In this document: positions 24,001-39,000 of the stretch, piece after piece
Layout: every line of letters starts with the position of its first letter
Position numbering within the stretch: position 1 is the first letter of the stretch
NCBI GenBank assembly: GCA_963666365.2
Contig: CAXXNF010000002.1
Coordinates: forward strand, 1-64,000
Source: Syntrophales bacterium
GTDB taxonomy: Bacteria; Desulfobacterota; Syntrophia; Syntrophales; UBA2210
DNA: 64,000 nucleotides
Direction: 5' to 3'
Notes under the pieces: model-generated
Seen by the model: only the letters and a program-made list of their open reading frames with translations
Told to the model about the DNA's origin: nothing
The model's database searches: none
Program-made: the position numbers and the translations under genes

Positions 24001-27000
24001 CGGAATTCTTGGGACGGCTGATGATGTCAACGAAGCAACCGACACCGAGGCCCTGCGCGCCACCCTGGAATTCGCGAATGGCGAGGTCAAGGGGTTCCGC
24101 TTCCTGGTGGATACCTTCCGCATTGAAATGGGCGCCTTCCTGGCCATCAAGGGTGTCGATTTCTATATCAACACCGATCCCGAAGAAGGAAATCCTGTAG
24201 TGAGTTTCACCTCGCTCGGTGCGGAACTTAAGGTTGCCTCGCTCAAGCTGACGGGAGAGGCGCGCAACTTCGCCTTCCTGAAAGACGGCTCCTTCCAGGC
24301 CAACAGCGGGTTCGGCGTATTCTTCGGAGTGGAATCGGCCACCGGCGGCAGCGTGGGCTGGCCGAGTTGGATGCCGATCAAAATAAAGGAAATCGGTATT
24401 CAGTGGCACGATATAAACAACGATCCTCTCCGCTTCGTCTTGACCCTGTCGGCGACGGTGGAGTCCATCGAAGGGATTCCCGGCGCCCAGTTCTCCGGCA
24501 CCATCGATGGGGTGAAGATCGATCTCGGCCTGCTCTTTGAAGGAAAATTCCCGATTACCGACATAGCATCGATCGGAGTGAGCATCGAGGCCGATGCCTT
24601 CGGCGGAAAGATAAGCGCCGCACTGGTAGGAGGTATCCTCAAGATCGACGATAACAACCAGATGATTACGGCCCTGTCCCCGGCCGACACGCATGTGAAG
24701 GACCGAATCTTTTTCATGGGGATTCAGGGTGGCTTCGAGATGATGGGTGCGGGAGGATTCACGATCCGCTTTGCCCTTTCAGAGCTGGGGCCCCTCGGCG
24801 TGCAGATCGAGGCAAGCCTGCCTCCCCCGGGGATCATTCTGGAGCCGAACAGCGGCCTGGCGATCAATGATTTTGTGGGGGGCGTGGAATTTTTCAGTAC
24901 CCTTCCCGATGTGTCAAAACCGAAGGAGTTGAGGGATCCGCGGTTTAATGTGACCGCCGACTCTATCGATGCCGGCATGTGGCTGGATCAGATCAAACTT
25001 CAGGTGGTCAACCAGTACATCGCCATCCAGGCGAACCCCAACAGGTCGGGATTCGCCGCGGCCTTTACCGCCCCTATGGTCATTACGGGAAGTGCGAAAA
25101 TCTATACCGCCTATGCGTCGCAGTATGTCTTCAATGGCCAGGTGGGGATGAAGATCAGCACCGACGGCAAGATCCTCATCATGGGGAAGATCAATTTTGC
25201 CAATGATATGCTCAGCGTCAGCGCCAAACTCTACGCCAATCTTTCGAAAATTGCCGACGGCCAGGCAAAGATTCTGTTCCTCTTCGATGCGCCCGATCAG
25301 ATCGAACTGCTGACCGTGGGTGGGAAGATGGAAATGCTCTTCAGCAGCGGTGACGAGGATGTGGAGTATGACTTCACCGATCCTCTGACCGCACCGATGG
25401 CGGTTCTGTCCTCGCCGGGCAACGGCGAGACCGTCTTCCGGGAGGATCTGAACACCAACGGTTATTTCGATCTGGCCTTCCTGCCCTCCGACGGCGCCGA
25501 CTTCGCCGACGGCACGATCCTCGATCCCCTGTACATCACCCTGGGCGGCGATGGGGCTGCCGGTGTGACGATCGACCGTGTGGAGGAAATCGAAGGCGGG
25601 ATATACCGGTATTATTATAATGATGACGGCGATGAATTGGGGCTCGGCGAGGTATCCCTGGATATCGCGGCCGGCAGTTTCGCCGATACTCTCGGCATTG
25701 TCAATGATGCCGAAACTTTGAGCTTTACCGTCAGGGATCTTACGGGTGCGTTGTCCGGACCGGAGGATGGCGGCAGCATCGATGTCTCGGTGCTCAATGC
25801 CAACAAGTACCTTTCCGTCCGCTACAGTCCCAGCCCCGGATGGGAGCTGGATGAGGCCACCGTCAACGACAGCGATACGGTCTGTATCCTGACCTTCGGG
25901 GACGGAAGCACGCTGAACGTTTCGGGGCCGGGCACACTGGTGGACGGCGCCTATCGATATATGTTGTCCGATGATTTCGAGTTTGAACCCGGCGAAGTGA
26001 CCGTGGCGTTCGCAGCCGGAACCTGGGCGGATACCGGAGGCAGGGCCAATGCCGCCAGCGTCGACACCTTCCTGGTCACCGGACCCACCGCCGGCGTCAT
26101 CGACCCGCTGGCAGGGAGCCGTATCGATGCCGCCGCCATAAACGGTCTGGGCTATATCGAAGTCCGGTTTACGCCGACAACGGGCAGTGCAGTCGTGGAG
26201 ACGTCCATTACCGGATGGAGCGATGTCTTTATGACTATTGAACAGAGCGACGGATCCACGCTCGAGATCCGCGGACCTCCGACGGAGAAGGTGTCCGATA
26301 CCGTCTTCCGCTATGCCCTGCCGGAAGGTTTCCTCTTTGTTACCGGAGAGGTGTCCGTCACGTTCGCTGCCGGTACCTTCTCCGATGACGCCGGATATGC
26401 CAACGTATCTCAGACCCAGACCTTCACCGTCATCGGGCCCATCGCCAATGCGGCCGTGGCCGACAGCGACGGTAATTATTCCACCATCAACGGTACCATA
26501 GTCGGCCTTTCCACACTGAACGGGCGCGGCTATCTGGATGTGCGCTTCCGGAGCACCACCGGCAATACGCTGGTCGCATCCACCATTACCGACGGCACTG
26601 CCGAATTCACGCTGAGCGGTGCCGGTGCGGCCGGAGTGACAATCATCAATGATGAAGGCGAAGTCCAGGATCTCGGCGAAGGCGTCTTCCGCTACTTCTT
26701 CACCGGACAATTCGTTGACGGCGAGGTGACCATTACTTACGGGGCAGGCGCCTGGGAAGATTCTGCCGGGTACACCAACCTCGAATCCACGGAAACCTTT
26801 GTGCTGAAATCGCCCACGGCGACGCTGACCGATCCCGCAGAGAAGGGGACCGCCGACCGGGCCACGATGGACGATCGGGGCTACGTCCTGGTCACCTTCA
26901 ACGATCTGACCGGACTGGGCCTTGATGAGACGACCATCCTGGATGACGATCCCGAATTCGGCTTCAACGGCGCCGCCGCCGCCGGGGTGGTATTGACCGG

Positions 27001-30000
27001 CGTGGTCGAGAAGGCGGAGGGAAACGACAGCACCTACAAATATTTCTTCAGCGGCAGCTTCGCCGAAGGCCTGGTGGATGTGACGTTCATTGCCGGCAGT
27101 TACGCCGATGCGGAAGGCAACACCAACGGCGCCGCAACCGAGCAGTTCCGCATCATCGATCAGGCCATTTCCATCCGGTTCATCATGGAAGGGTTCGAGG
27201 AGCTTAACGCGGGCGGCTTCACTCCCGACTACGACGGCGACGGCGTACCCGATCCGCTGATAGCACTCGAAGGCCGGATCGAACTGAGCATCGATATTAT
27301 CCGTGATCCCGCTACCGATGAAATTCAGAAGGCGCGCTTCCTGCTGGATGTAAGCGCCACGCTGAAGCTCTTTTACCTCGGCAACATCGGTTCCGCCGCG
27401 GGTCGTTTCGTACTTTCCATCGGTGAGACACCCGATGACGAAAACAGCGCCTCTTCCATCTTCGGCACGAACAAGCTCCAATTCTGGGGAGTGCTGAAAC
27501 TTCAGACCAACCTTGAAAAACTGCGCGAAATCGGCATCGAAGCGGATGCGGAAGTTTTGCTGCAGATCAATGCCACCAGTGAAGAAAAGACGGAAGTCAT
27601 CTTCCTTGAGGGGATAAAGGGCGATGTCCTCTTTGAGGTAACGGATTCCGGCACGGTCAATCAAGTTGTTACCGATCTGCAGCCGGTGGGTATTGATCCC
27701 GGCAGCTTCCTGTCCACGCTTCCCGAGTCGGTACGGAGTGCCTTCAGTGCCAACGCCGTCGAATTTTCCGACACCTCGACCTTCAGCGTCCAGGGGGTGG
27801 AAACTGGCACGCGCTGGAAGATCTACGTCAACGACGGTGATGTGCAGCGCCAGTACTTCATCGACAAGAAAAACACCGATACCGGCTCAAAGATGGTCTT
27901 TTACGGCGAGGCCCAGACCTTTGTCCTCGAGCCCTATACCTTCGCGCTTTCCATTGCCGGAGCTTTGAAATTCAAGATTCCGCCCATCCAGGAAGACTCC
28001 GAAGAACTGTTCCGCATGAGCGGCGTCTTTCACATGCAGATCAGCACCTCCCGGGCCGAGATGTTTGCCAAGGCGGACCTGACCCTGGGGCCGGAGAGCG
28101 CGCCGATCCTTGAGTTTGACGCCCTGGGACTGATGATTATCAACTTCGAAGATCCGGGATTTGCCGGACGCATCAACCTCTCCATTAAAACCGGCGGACC
28201 GCTGGAAGGTATCCTGGACTTTGAAGCGGCCTTTGATCTGTACATCAATGCGACGATCAGCGGCAGCGCGCAGGAATTTCGCGTACCCGATATGTTCCTC
28301 AATCCGGAAAAGGGATATCTGGATCAGAAATTCATCGACAGCCTGGAATTCGGAACGGGGGACCAGCTCTTCAGTACAACCGATACGGATGGTTCGATCA
28401 AGACGTCCTTGAATGAAAGCACCAACGATGACGGAGATACGGTCGCCGGCAGCGTGCCTGCGTCGCTGCGGGGGGCCTTTGACGCCAACGGTACACCCCT
28501 CGGGGATACCGTGTCGGTGCGCATGATCTTCAAGGACAGCCGCTGGGAGCTTGACGACGGCACCAACAGATATGTGGTCGAGACAAGCGCCGGCAACGCC
28601 GCCCAGATCATCGTATATGAAGCGGAAACAACCGCTACCGGTGACGGGGCCTATGTGTCGATCCCCCGCGGCCCGCCCCAGCTTGACAAGACGCTTGGTT
28701 CCGCCGGACCCTATGTGGTGATTCAGGGGGCCGGCATTCTGTCCATCGCCGACATGTTCGTAATGAAGGGCGCCTTCCGTTTCGAACTGAGCCTGGACAA
28801 GCTGGAGCTGCAGATCAGCGCCACCATGCGCCTCGGCGACGAGAGTGATCCGCTCTTCTTTTTCCAGGTGATCGGTTATCTGAATATCGATTGGGATGCC
28901 GGGGTGGTAGGGTATCTTTCCCTCGAAGCAAGTACCGGCGGCATACTCAAGGAAGCAGGATTCGATGTAGAGGCTGACTTTAAACTGGAGATCAACTCCA
29001 CCGGGCAGGATCACGAGGCCCTGATTCTGCTGGCGCCCGGAGAGACGACCACCGTCACCATTCCTGCAAACACCTACCGCATCAGCATCAGCGGTCACTT
29101 CATCTTCAGCCCCGGCGATACGGAACTGTTCCGCCTTACCGGTGTGTTCTTCCTGGAGATCAGCGCCGATGAGGGTCTCACCATTTTTGCCGATGTCAGC
29201 CTGCTGATCGGTCCCCCCGATGCACGCATCTTCACCTTCGGGGCCATGGGACTGCTGGTATTCAAGCCTGACGGAAACATGGGTATCCGCCTGCAGCTTT
29301 CCGGCGATGTGTCCCTCGGCGATGTGCTTGAGTTCGATTGCCAGTTCGAGTTCATCATGAACACCTCGGGAGACACCGACTATGTCTTCGAGGTGCCCGA
29401 ACAGTTCAGGGACGAGGTGGATTACGATACCGTAACCATCCCCATGGCTCCGCCCAAGCCAGACGGCAGTGCGGGAGACACGCCGGAACCCTACACGGTG
29501 ATCAAGGGCGATGGCAGTCTGAGCCTCCTGGGCGGCATACTGGAACTGGACGGCTTCTTCTACTTCAAGATCAGTGCTTCCGGCATCCGGATCACCATCG
29601 CCGCCAGTGCCGAACTGCAGCCCCTCGGGGTGGTGGCGGTCAGCGGCGATCTGGACATCAGCGACGAAGGGCTGGTAGGAGGACTTGCCCTGGATGTGGG
29701 GGTAGGGCTCGGGACAGGAGTATTTTCCTTCAGTGGCTATTTCCGTCTCTGCATCAACACCACCAGTTCGGCGGCCACGATCTATCGCCTGGAGATCGAT
29801 CCGAACACCGGAGAGGTATCGGAAAATCTCATAGAAGACACCATAGAGGCCTCAACCCTGATTGTGGAAGGCGGCGGTAAGCTCGACATCAACGGGATGT
29901 TCGTCGTCGAAGGCGCCTTCTACCTGCTCCTCTGTGATGAGGGATTCGAGATTAGCTTCAATGCTTACATGGATCTGGGCGGCATGGCCCGGGCCGGGGT

Positions 30001-33000
30001 AAGGGGCGGTGCCGCGATTTACAAGGACGGCTCTCTGGTAATCGATCTGGCCCTGGAAGTCGATGCGATTTCGATTCCAATGGTAAATATCGAAGGCGAC
30101 TTCTACTTCCAGATCAACACCGGATCGGTTGAGCGACTGGGTGTGGCGCCCAACAGTTTCCTGATCCGCATATACGCCCAGGTCAGCATCCTGCTCTTCA
30201 CCGGCACCGGCGATCTGAGCATGTCCTACAAGGACGGTGTGTTCGAGATTGCCATCAATGAACTGTCGATCAATTTCTTCAATTTCATTCAGATTCATAT
30301 AGACGGGTATTTCCGGTCCAACGGGCAGTTCAGGATCCATGGGCTGGTGAGTTTTGAGATTCCCCTGGGTCCCTTCGTCCTCTACGGTGGTGTAGAAGTG
30401 ACGCTCAGCAACACCATGTTTGAAGGACGCATCTGGGGCGGGGTTGATTTCCGGATCAACTTCGGCCTTTTCAAAATCCGCTTCACCTTGGCGTCCATCG
30501 AGGCCTATCTGCAGATTACTCAGGTAAAGGCGACCGCCTCGCTTACCATTAAAGTGATGGGGATCAAGATTAAAGGTTCACTCACACTGACCTGGGGTGC
30601 CGCGCCGAAGCTGGCCACGCAGGTGGGCGATACTCTCTACCTCAATGTCGGCGATCGGGCTCAGTACAGAGGTCAGTACTATGATGAGGTGGCTGACGAA
30701 AGCTACCGCATCAGCCAGAACGGCGACAAGGTCAAAGTCAGTGCCATGGGCTACGATCAGGAATTTTCCGGCGTCAACAAGATCGTCGGGGATTTCGGAA
30801 GCGGGCCCGATTTCCTCTATGTAGATGAATCGGTGACCAAAACGGTGGAAATCCATGGCGGCGATGGTGACGACGTCCTTATTTACGCCGGCAGCGGTAC
30901 GGCAAAGCTCTATGGTGATGCGGGCATCGATCAGATTTACGGCGGCAGCGGCGTTAATTATCTTTACGGTGGTCTGGGCAACGACCAGATTGATGCCGGC
31001 GAGGGCGCCGCAACCATCTACGGCGACGCCGGCGACGACACCATCACGGGCGGAACCGGTGACGATACCATCTTCGGCGGTTCGGGCAACGATACGATTA
31101 AGGGCGGCGAAGGGGCCGACACGATCCACGGCGATGCCGGAAACGACGTCATCTATGGCGAGGACGGCGACGACATCATCTCCGGTGATGCGGGTGCGGA
31201 TCTGATTTACGGCGATGCCGGCGATGATACGATCCGCGGCGGCGACGACAACGACAGCATCTACGGCCGTGACGGCGATGATGTGCTTTACGGCGATGCG
31301 GGACTCGATACGATCTACGGCGAAGATGGCATCGACACGATTCGTGGCGGGACTGAAGACGACACGATTTACGGCGGCGCCGGCGATGATGAGATCTATG
31401 GCGAAGACGGGAACGACTGGATTCTCGGCGAGGCCGACAACGATACAATTTCCGGCGGCAACGGCGACGATGTCATCTACGGCGATTACGGGAGCGTTTC
31501 CGCCAAACAGGCCCAGACAGGAAGCGCCGAGGGCAGCGATACAATTAACGGCGATGCCGGGAACGATACCCTCTTCGGCGGCGGCGGCGACGACGATCTC
31601 TATGGTGTGAGCGGTCGCAATGTCCTCATCGGCGACTACGGCTCCGTGACCGGATTGATAGTGCTGAGCGGTTTGACTGCAGGGGGCAATGATTATATCA
31701 ATGCCGGTCTGAATGAAAGCGTTCTGATCGGCGGCCCGGGCAACGACGAACTCCAGGGCGGCCCGGTTTCCGATGTAATTGTCGGTGACAACGGAAGAGT
31801 CCAGCTCGGTATGGACCTGCTGACCACGTCGATCAAGAGCCTTACCGGGGTCAGCGGCGACGACAGTCTATACGGTGCGGGGGCGACCGATTATCTGATC
31901 GGCGGCGACGGTAACGATACAATAGAAGGAGGCGCCGCTGCCGATATCATATTAGGTGACAATGGCGAAATCGTTCCCGACTACACAAATATCGTTGTCT
32001 CGGTTACCACCACCGATGCGTCGGTGGGGGGGGGAGATACGCTTACAGGGGATGGAGGCGACGACCTGATCTGGGGACAGGCCGGCGGCGATACCCTGTA
32101 CGGCAATGACGGCAACGACATCCTCTTCGGTGACCGCGGAGTGGTGACCTTCAGTGCCGGCGTGGCGCTCAGGATAGAAACGCTCGATACCGCAAACGGC
32201 GGTAACGATACAATATACGGTGGTAATGGCAATGATGCGGCTTTTGGCGGGGCAGGCGCCGATACCCTCCAGGGAGAGAGCGGCAACGACATTATTCTCG
32301 GCGATCATGGCGTAGTGGTCCGGGCCGACGGATCGGCTGCCGCACAGGATGTCTATACCACCGACCCGACTACGGGCGGTGCCGATACAATCAGCGGAGG
32401 CGAGGGCAACAACATCGTAATCGGCGGTCCCGCCGGCGACACTCTTTCGACCGGTTCCGGCAGCGACATCGTTATCGGTGACAGCGGCTATGTGGTTCGC
32501 AATGCCGGCTCCGTGGCTGAAAGAATCTATGCATCTTATCTGCCCGGTACCGGCGATTACGATGCGGGAGGCAACGACACCATCACCATCGCCGGCGGAG
32601 CCAATAATGTCATCGGCGGTGTGGGTAACGATACCATTACCACCGGCACCGGTCTGGACGTGATCCTGGGCGACAACGGTACCATCGGTTTGGGAGATAC
32701 GGCGCTGGGCGACGAAAAATACAACGTCGTTACCTCCGATTACGCCAACGGCGGGACCGACACCATCAATGCGGGCGACGGAAACAATATCGTCCTCGGC
32801 GGCTCCTATAGTGATTCCATTACGACCGGCAACGGCTGGGATCTGATTCTCGGCGACAACGGAAAGGTGGTGCGCGGTTCCGACTATGTGCCCAGTGTGA
32901 TCGAGAGCCTTACCGGCGACATTTATGGCGGCAACGATGCGCTCATCGATGGCGGTGAAGGCGACGACACGATCATCGGTGGAAACGGTGACGATACCAT

Positions 33001-36000
33001 CCGCGGCGGCAACGGCGACGACCTGCTGATCGGCGACAACGGGAGGGCTGTGCCGGGTGAGGCATCATCCATCGATGTGGCTTCGGGTGGGTCGGATACA
33101 ATAGATGGCGGTGCGGGACGCGACCGGATTATCGGCGGCATGGCCGGTGAGGCATCCCTCAAGGGCGGCAGCGAAGGCGACTACATCCTGGGCGACAACG
33201 GCGCCATTCTTTCCACGGCAACGACCTTCGCCGATGCGGGGACCGTGTACCGGGTCACTTCAGAATCGCCCGCCTCCGGCGGCAGTGAAACACTGATCGA
33301 CGGCGAGGGCGGAAACGACATCATCATCGGAGGTAGTGCCGGCGATGACACTCTGACCGGTGGTGACGGCGACGATCTGATCGTTGGTGACAACGCCACC
33401 GTGTATACCGGCGAAGATACGGGAGCTCTAATTTGGGTGGAGTCGACATATACGAATTACGGCGGCGGTGAAACGATAATCTCCGGCGGTCCGGGGAACG
33501 ATATCGTCATCGGCGGTCTGGGCAATGACACTATCGACGGCGGCGACGGCCACAATGTCGTTCTGGGAGACCACGGATTCGTGATCGCCGGCGGCGAGAT
33601 CGTTTCGACTGCGCCCGAGCATGCCGGTCAGGATGAAATCAGCACCGGTGCCGGTGACGATATCATTATAGGCGGCTCCGACGCCGACACCCCGATTACG
33701 AGCGGTGCCGGCAACGATATCATTCTTGGCGATAACGGCTGGGTGGGCCGTACGGACGGGATCATCTCGGGGATCGTTTCAGGGGTCTATCTGAGCGAAA
33801 ACACACTGGTGCAGACCGGCACGCGAGGCGGGAGCGATGCGAGCATCGATGCAGGAGCCGGTGACGACATAGTTATCGGAGGCAAGGGGAACGAAACCGT
33901 TACGGCCGGTACGGGGGACGATATTGTCATTGGCGACAACGGCGTGGTGGGCCGGGGCTTTAAAGCGGGCGTGGCAACCGCCGACGAATGGGGTATTGAC
34001 CGGATACTCTGGGACGGTATCGGTAATTACGCTCAGACGGCCAGCGTCGATCCGGAGACCGTGGCGCCGACGCACACCTGGTCCGCTGACGAGGCCTTCT
34101 ACGGGATTGCCACCACCTATGACGAATACAACGGTGTCGAAACAATTTACGGCAATGACGGCGAGGATATTCTCTTCGGCGGGTCTCTCGGCGATACGCT
34201 GATTTCAGGCGGTACGGGCCGCGACATCATTGTCGGCGACAACGGCGCGATGGAGCGCCGGCCCTCGGCCGCGGATGTAGGAAGCATTTCCCGAGCCTAT
34301 TTCGATGCCGACGGAGCCTTGCAGACCGGACTGCTCACACCGGTATGGTTCGCCTCAAAGGAAGGCGATCTGTACGGGGGAGGGGAAGCGAAGATCGACG
34401 GCGGGTACGACGGCGACTTCATCATTGGCGGGATAGGGAGCGACAGCCTGATCGAAGGCGGTCTCGCCGATGATGTGATCTTCGGCGACAACGGCGCCGT
34501 GGCCCGGGCAGACGGCTCGGTGCGGGCCAACGATTTCTGGTCTACAGATCCATCTCATGGCGGTGTGGAAACGATCCGCGGTGGCGACGGCGCTGATATC
34601 ATCATCGGTGGCTCAGAGAACGATTATGCCGTGACCGCGCCGGGTACAGTGGGTGACATCCTCTCCGGCGACGGGGGCGACGACATCATTATTGGTGACA
34701 ACGGCTACATCACCCGCAGTGACGCCGATGTGGTGGAGCGTATCCGCACACGGAGCCTTGAGAACAGCGTCAACTACCCACGCTTCGGCGGCAACGACAC
34801 CATCGATGTCGGAGCGGCGGGTATCGGCAATTATACCAGCTTCCCGACGGAGAACCGAGGCAGCGACATCATCATCGGCGGTACCGGCGACGATACCGTC
34901 GACGGCGGCTGGGAAGACATCACCGATACGATCATCGGCGACAACGGTGTGGTAGTGCGTACCGATCCGGCCGCCGGAACGAATCCTGACGGATCGAGCG
35001 TGTCAACCGACATCTGGACCCTTGATCCCGCCTACGGCGGCAAGGACACCCTTTACGGCGGGGCCGGCAATGACATCATCATCGGCGGCACAGGATACGC
35101 CGATGCCTATGGTGTCGGCGGCGACGTGATCTATGGCGGGACAGGGAATGATCATATCGCCGGCGACGGTGCCCGCGTCCAGCGCAACGCTACAGACGGG
35201 ATCGAGATCTTCGAAAGCCGCGATGCGGCCTACGGCGGCGATGACCGGATCGACCGGGAAGGCATGGGCCGCGATGTGCATGCCAAAGGTTCCGATGTAG
35301 TCCTCGGCGGTACCGGCCATGACATCATTCATGGCGGCCGCACCGATGACGGCGCCGAGATCATTTTCGGCGATAACGGCCGCGTTGATTATACCCAGGT
35401 GCGCACGGTATCGGTGGAACAGCACCTGCCGAACGAGCTCTACCTGACAGCGAACCTCGAATCCCTCGAACTTGATTGGGACAACACCGACGTTTCCTTC
35501 ATGGGCGGCGACGACACCATCGACGGCGGCTACGGCAACGATATCGTCTTCGGCGGACCCGAAGAAGACACCATTACCGGCTACTACGGCCTCGATGTCC
35601 TGATCGGCGACCACGGGGCGGCGGAGCACAACTCCCTCAACCAGCTTTCCATGGTCTGGACGACCCTGCCCTGGGGCGGCGGCAACGACACCATCACCGG
35701 CGACACCGGCCACGATGTCCTCTTCGGTGGAGCGGGGAACGATCTGATTTACGGCAACGACGGAGACGAAGTGATCTTCGGCGACAACGGAACGGTGGTT
35801 CGCTTCAGAGAATCCGCCCGTGACAACGATCTCTACTCTACCTTCCCGGCCTTCGGCGGTATCGATACGCTCTTCGGCGGCGAAGGAAATGACACCATTT
35901 TCGGCGGTTCCGGAGGGGACGATCAGGCCACCGACCAGGTGCCCTCAGGTACGGTGACGGTCGACAGCAACGGCTATCTGACCCGCGCCGGCGGCCTGGC

Positions 36001-39000
36001 GGCAAACGGCGATATCATCTATGGCGACGTAGCCGATTCATCGATTCAGGGGTATGACGAATTTCTCTTCGGCGACAGCGGCTATATGGACCGGGATCTT
36101 TCCGGCACGATCCTGGAGGTCTATTCGCGGTCTTGGGCCCTCTCCCTTGACGGGATGGTGACGCTGCGTGCCGACCGTGCCTCGGATGTGACGGCATCGG
36201 GTACTTTCGAAATTACGCTCAACGGCACAACCCATAGCCTGACTTTCGACGGAAGCGGGAACGCGACTCTGGCCGACTTGGTGATCGATCTGAACAACGC
36301 CATCTTGGCCGCCAGCCCCGCTCCGGGTGAAGGTCTGGACGCCGAGCTCGATGCTTCCAGTGAGAGCGGCTATCTGACCTTTGTGGGGGCTTCCGACCTC
36401 GGCGTGTACACCATCGAAGTGGTTGATTCGGCGCTGGTCCAGGCGCTCGGATTCGTCCAGCGGCAACTGGCAAGCGTGGATTACCCGAACCTGGGCGGAA
36501 ACGACGCCATCGATTTCGCCGTGGGCAACAAGGGCGCCGAGGTGATCATCGGCGGCTTCGGCCACGATCTGATGCATGGCGGCCTTTTCGACACCTCTAC
36601 CGATCTGATCATCGGCGACAACGGCGTGGCCACCCGCATCCAGGGACAGTTCATTCTGGCCGGAGCGCGTTCCACCGATGCAGGCTCCGGCGGCAGCGAC
36701 GATATCAACGGCGGCCCCGGCTACGACATCCTCCTCGGCGGCCCCGGCGACGACCTGATCATCGGCCACGACGGCGACGATTACCTCTGGGGAGACGGCG
36801 GGCGCGACCTCATTTGGGGCGGCGTGGCCGGGGCGGACGAGAGCAACTTCCGCCTGGCCGAAGGGGAGTCAGCCGCCGATAAATTCGACTATGCGCCGGG
36901 ATATCTCGATGCCGAACTCGATTATCCCACCGGCTACGAGGCGCCTTTAATCACTCCCAAGATCTTCAACGGTCTATCCTGGGACGGCCATGTGACCGAC
37001 GGCGCCGATACGATCCGCGGCGGCTACGGCGATGACTGGATCTTCGGCGGCGGCGACGCCGACGATCTGGACGGCGGTCCGGGCAGCGACTATGTGGACG
37101 GCGGCGTGGGCAGCGATACGGCCACCGGCGGCGGCGGCGATGACGTGGTGCGCGGTGGCGCGAACGATGATTCACTCCGGGGCGATTTCCCCTTCCTCGG
37201 ACGCTACGATTCGATTTCCACATACCTCAAGGTGGGAGACACGGGGACCCCGGCGCAACCCGATGAGTACTTCGCCTATCGCGGATACGTCACCGGCCGC
37301 GACCAGGTCTACGGCGAGGCGGGAAGCGAGCGTTTATTCGGCGATGGCGGGGCGAGCGATCCGATCGTCTTCACCGGAGACAGCGTAAGTGCCCTTACCG
37401 CAGCCAAGACCGAGAACCCGGACAAGGGCTATCCCGCGTCGGTCTTCTCTTTCGCCGGCGCCAACAACGACCTGGAATTCAGGGCCGTCAGCGCCACCGC
37501 ACAGTACATGGGCTGGACGATTCGAATCGTTTCGGGCGAAATTGGTTGTGATATCGAGGTCTCCTGGTCTATCGGGGCCAAGACCTTCACCGTGGTGGTG
37601 GACAAGGGCGCCCATAACGCCAACGACGTGATCGATGCAGTCGTCGATACACCCAGTTCGCCCTTCCTGGCATACGGGACCTACAATAACGGCGACAGCG
37701 ACTATGCCGACGGCGAGGGCAGTCAGGCCGGCCAGCGGCTCTGGGGCGGCGAGGGGATCGATTACCTCTACGCCTACGCGCCCGATGACGGGGACGAGCA
37801 GTACACCTACAGGGGCGATGAGCTGCACGGCGGTCCGGGCAACGACTTCCTCTACGGGAATGTGCGCAAAGACACCCTGCTCGGCGAAGGCGGCAGCGAC
37901 TTCCTCGCCGGTGATTGGCTGGTGGGCCGCAAATATGCACAGAACCAGCGTGAAGCCCCCTACGGTCCGGCCGAGATCGGCGGCGATGACCTGCTCCAGG
38001 GAGGTCCCGGCGAAGACCAGCTCTACGGCGGCGGCGGGAACGATACGCTGTGGGGCGGGGCGGATTCCGACTGGCTGGAAGGCCAGAACGGGATCGACAC
38101 GTTATATGGCGGCGGGTGGATCGACACCATGGTCATGGATGTCCGTGACACCTATAATGTCTTCGGCGACAATATAAACGGACACTACGGTAACCAGCGG
38201 AAGGGCGACGTCTACGACGACAACGCGACGGATATTCTGCTGATCGAGGCTTCCGACTTCGACGACGAGATCTGGATTTCCGAGGAGACGGTTCTCCTGA
38301 GCGACAATCCCTACGCCGTGAAGGAAGCGAATTTCGGTTTCGAACAGACCTTCGATCTGACACTCAAGGCGAGCGCCACGGCCGCTCTGGTGACGGTGAA
38401 CCTGACCATTTCCAGCAACGGCAACCTTGACACCCTTGTGAGCAGATTCAACGACGCCTTCGAGAGCTCACCTCAGTTGACCGGCAAGGTCGAGGCGGTC
38501 AAACGCGGTTATACCATCGCCATACTGACACGAGGAATGGGCCGGGCGGCAACGCTTACCATCGCCCACTTTACCGCAAAGGGCGATAACGGTCTTGCCG
38601 ACCTCGGGTTCAGCGACGGTCAGGAGAGCGTTGGTCAGATGGTGGTGGACTACACAGGCTATTCCGGATACGAAGAGAAGGTGGTTCACCGGGTGCTCCT
38701 AGGCGGATGGCGCGGTGACGACGGGAAGCCCATGGTGGAGCAGTTCAGAATATCCGGTCTGGGAGGCGATGACAGGATCGGCTTTGTCGAAGGGACCAAC
38801 GCCCTTGATGCCTCCGCCCTGAGTGCGCGCAGTCGAGACTGGGTCGGCGTGATCGACGGTGGTCCCGGCAATGATATCCTGAGCGGCAGCAGCGCCCGCG
38901 ACCGTATCGACGGCGGCTTCGGCTCCGACACCATCTACGGGTACGGTGGCGACGACCAGCTCTGGGGTGACGGCGGTCCCGGAATGGGTCTGCCCGACGA

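Noticed and set aside
23306..29098. Long minus-strand ORFs of 462, 916 and 403 aa
   Set aside because: They lie wholly opposite the 9211-aa frame, have no recognisable motifs, and are expected from GC-rich codon bias (few antisense stops).
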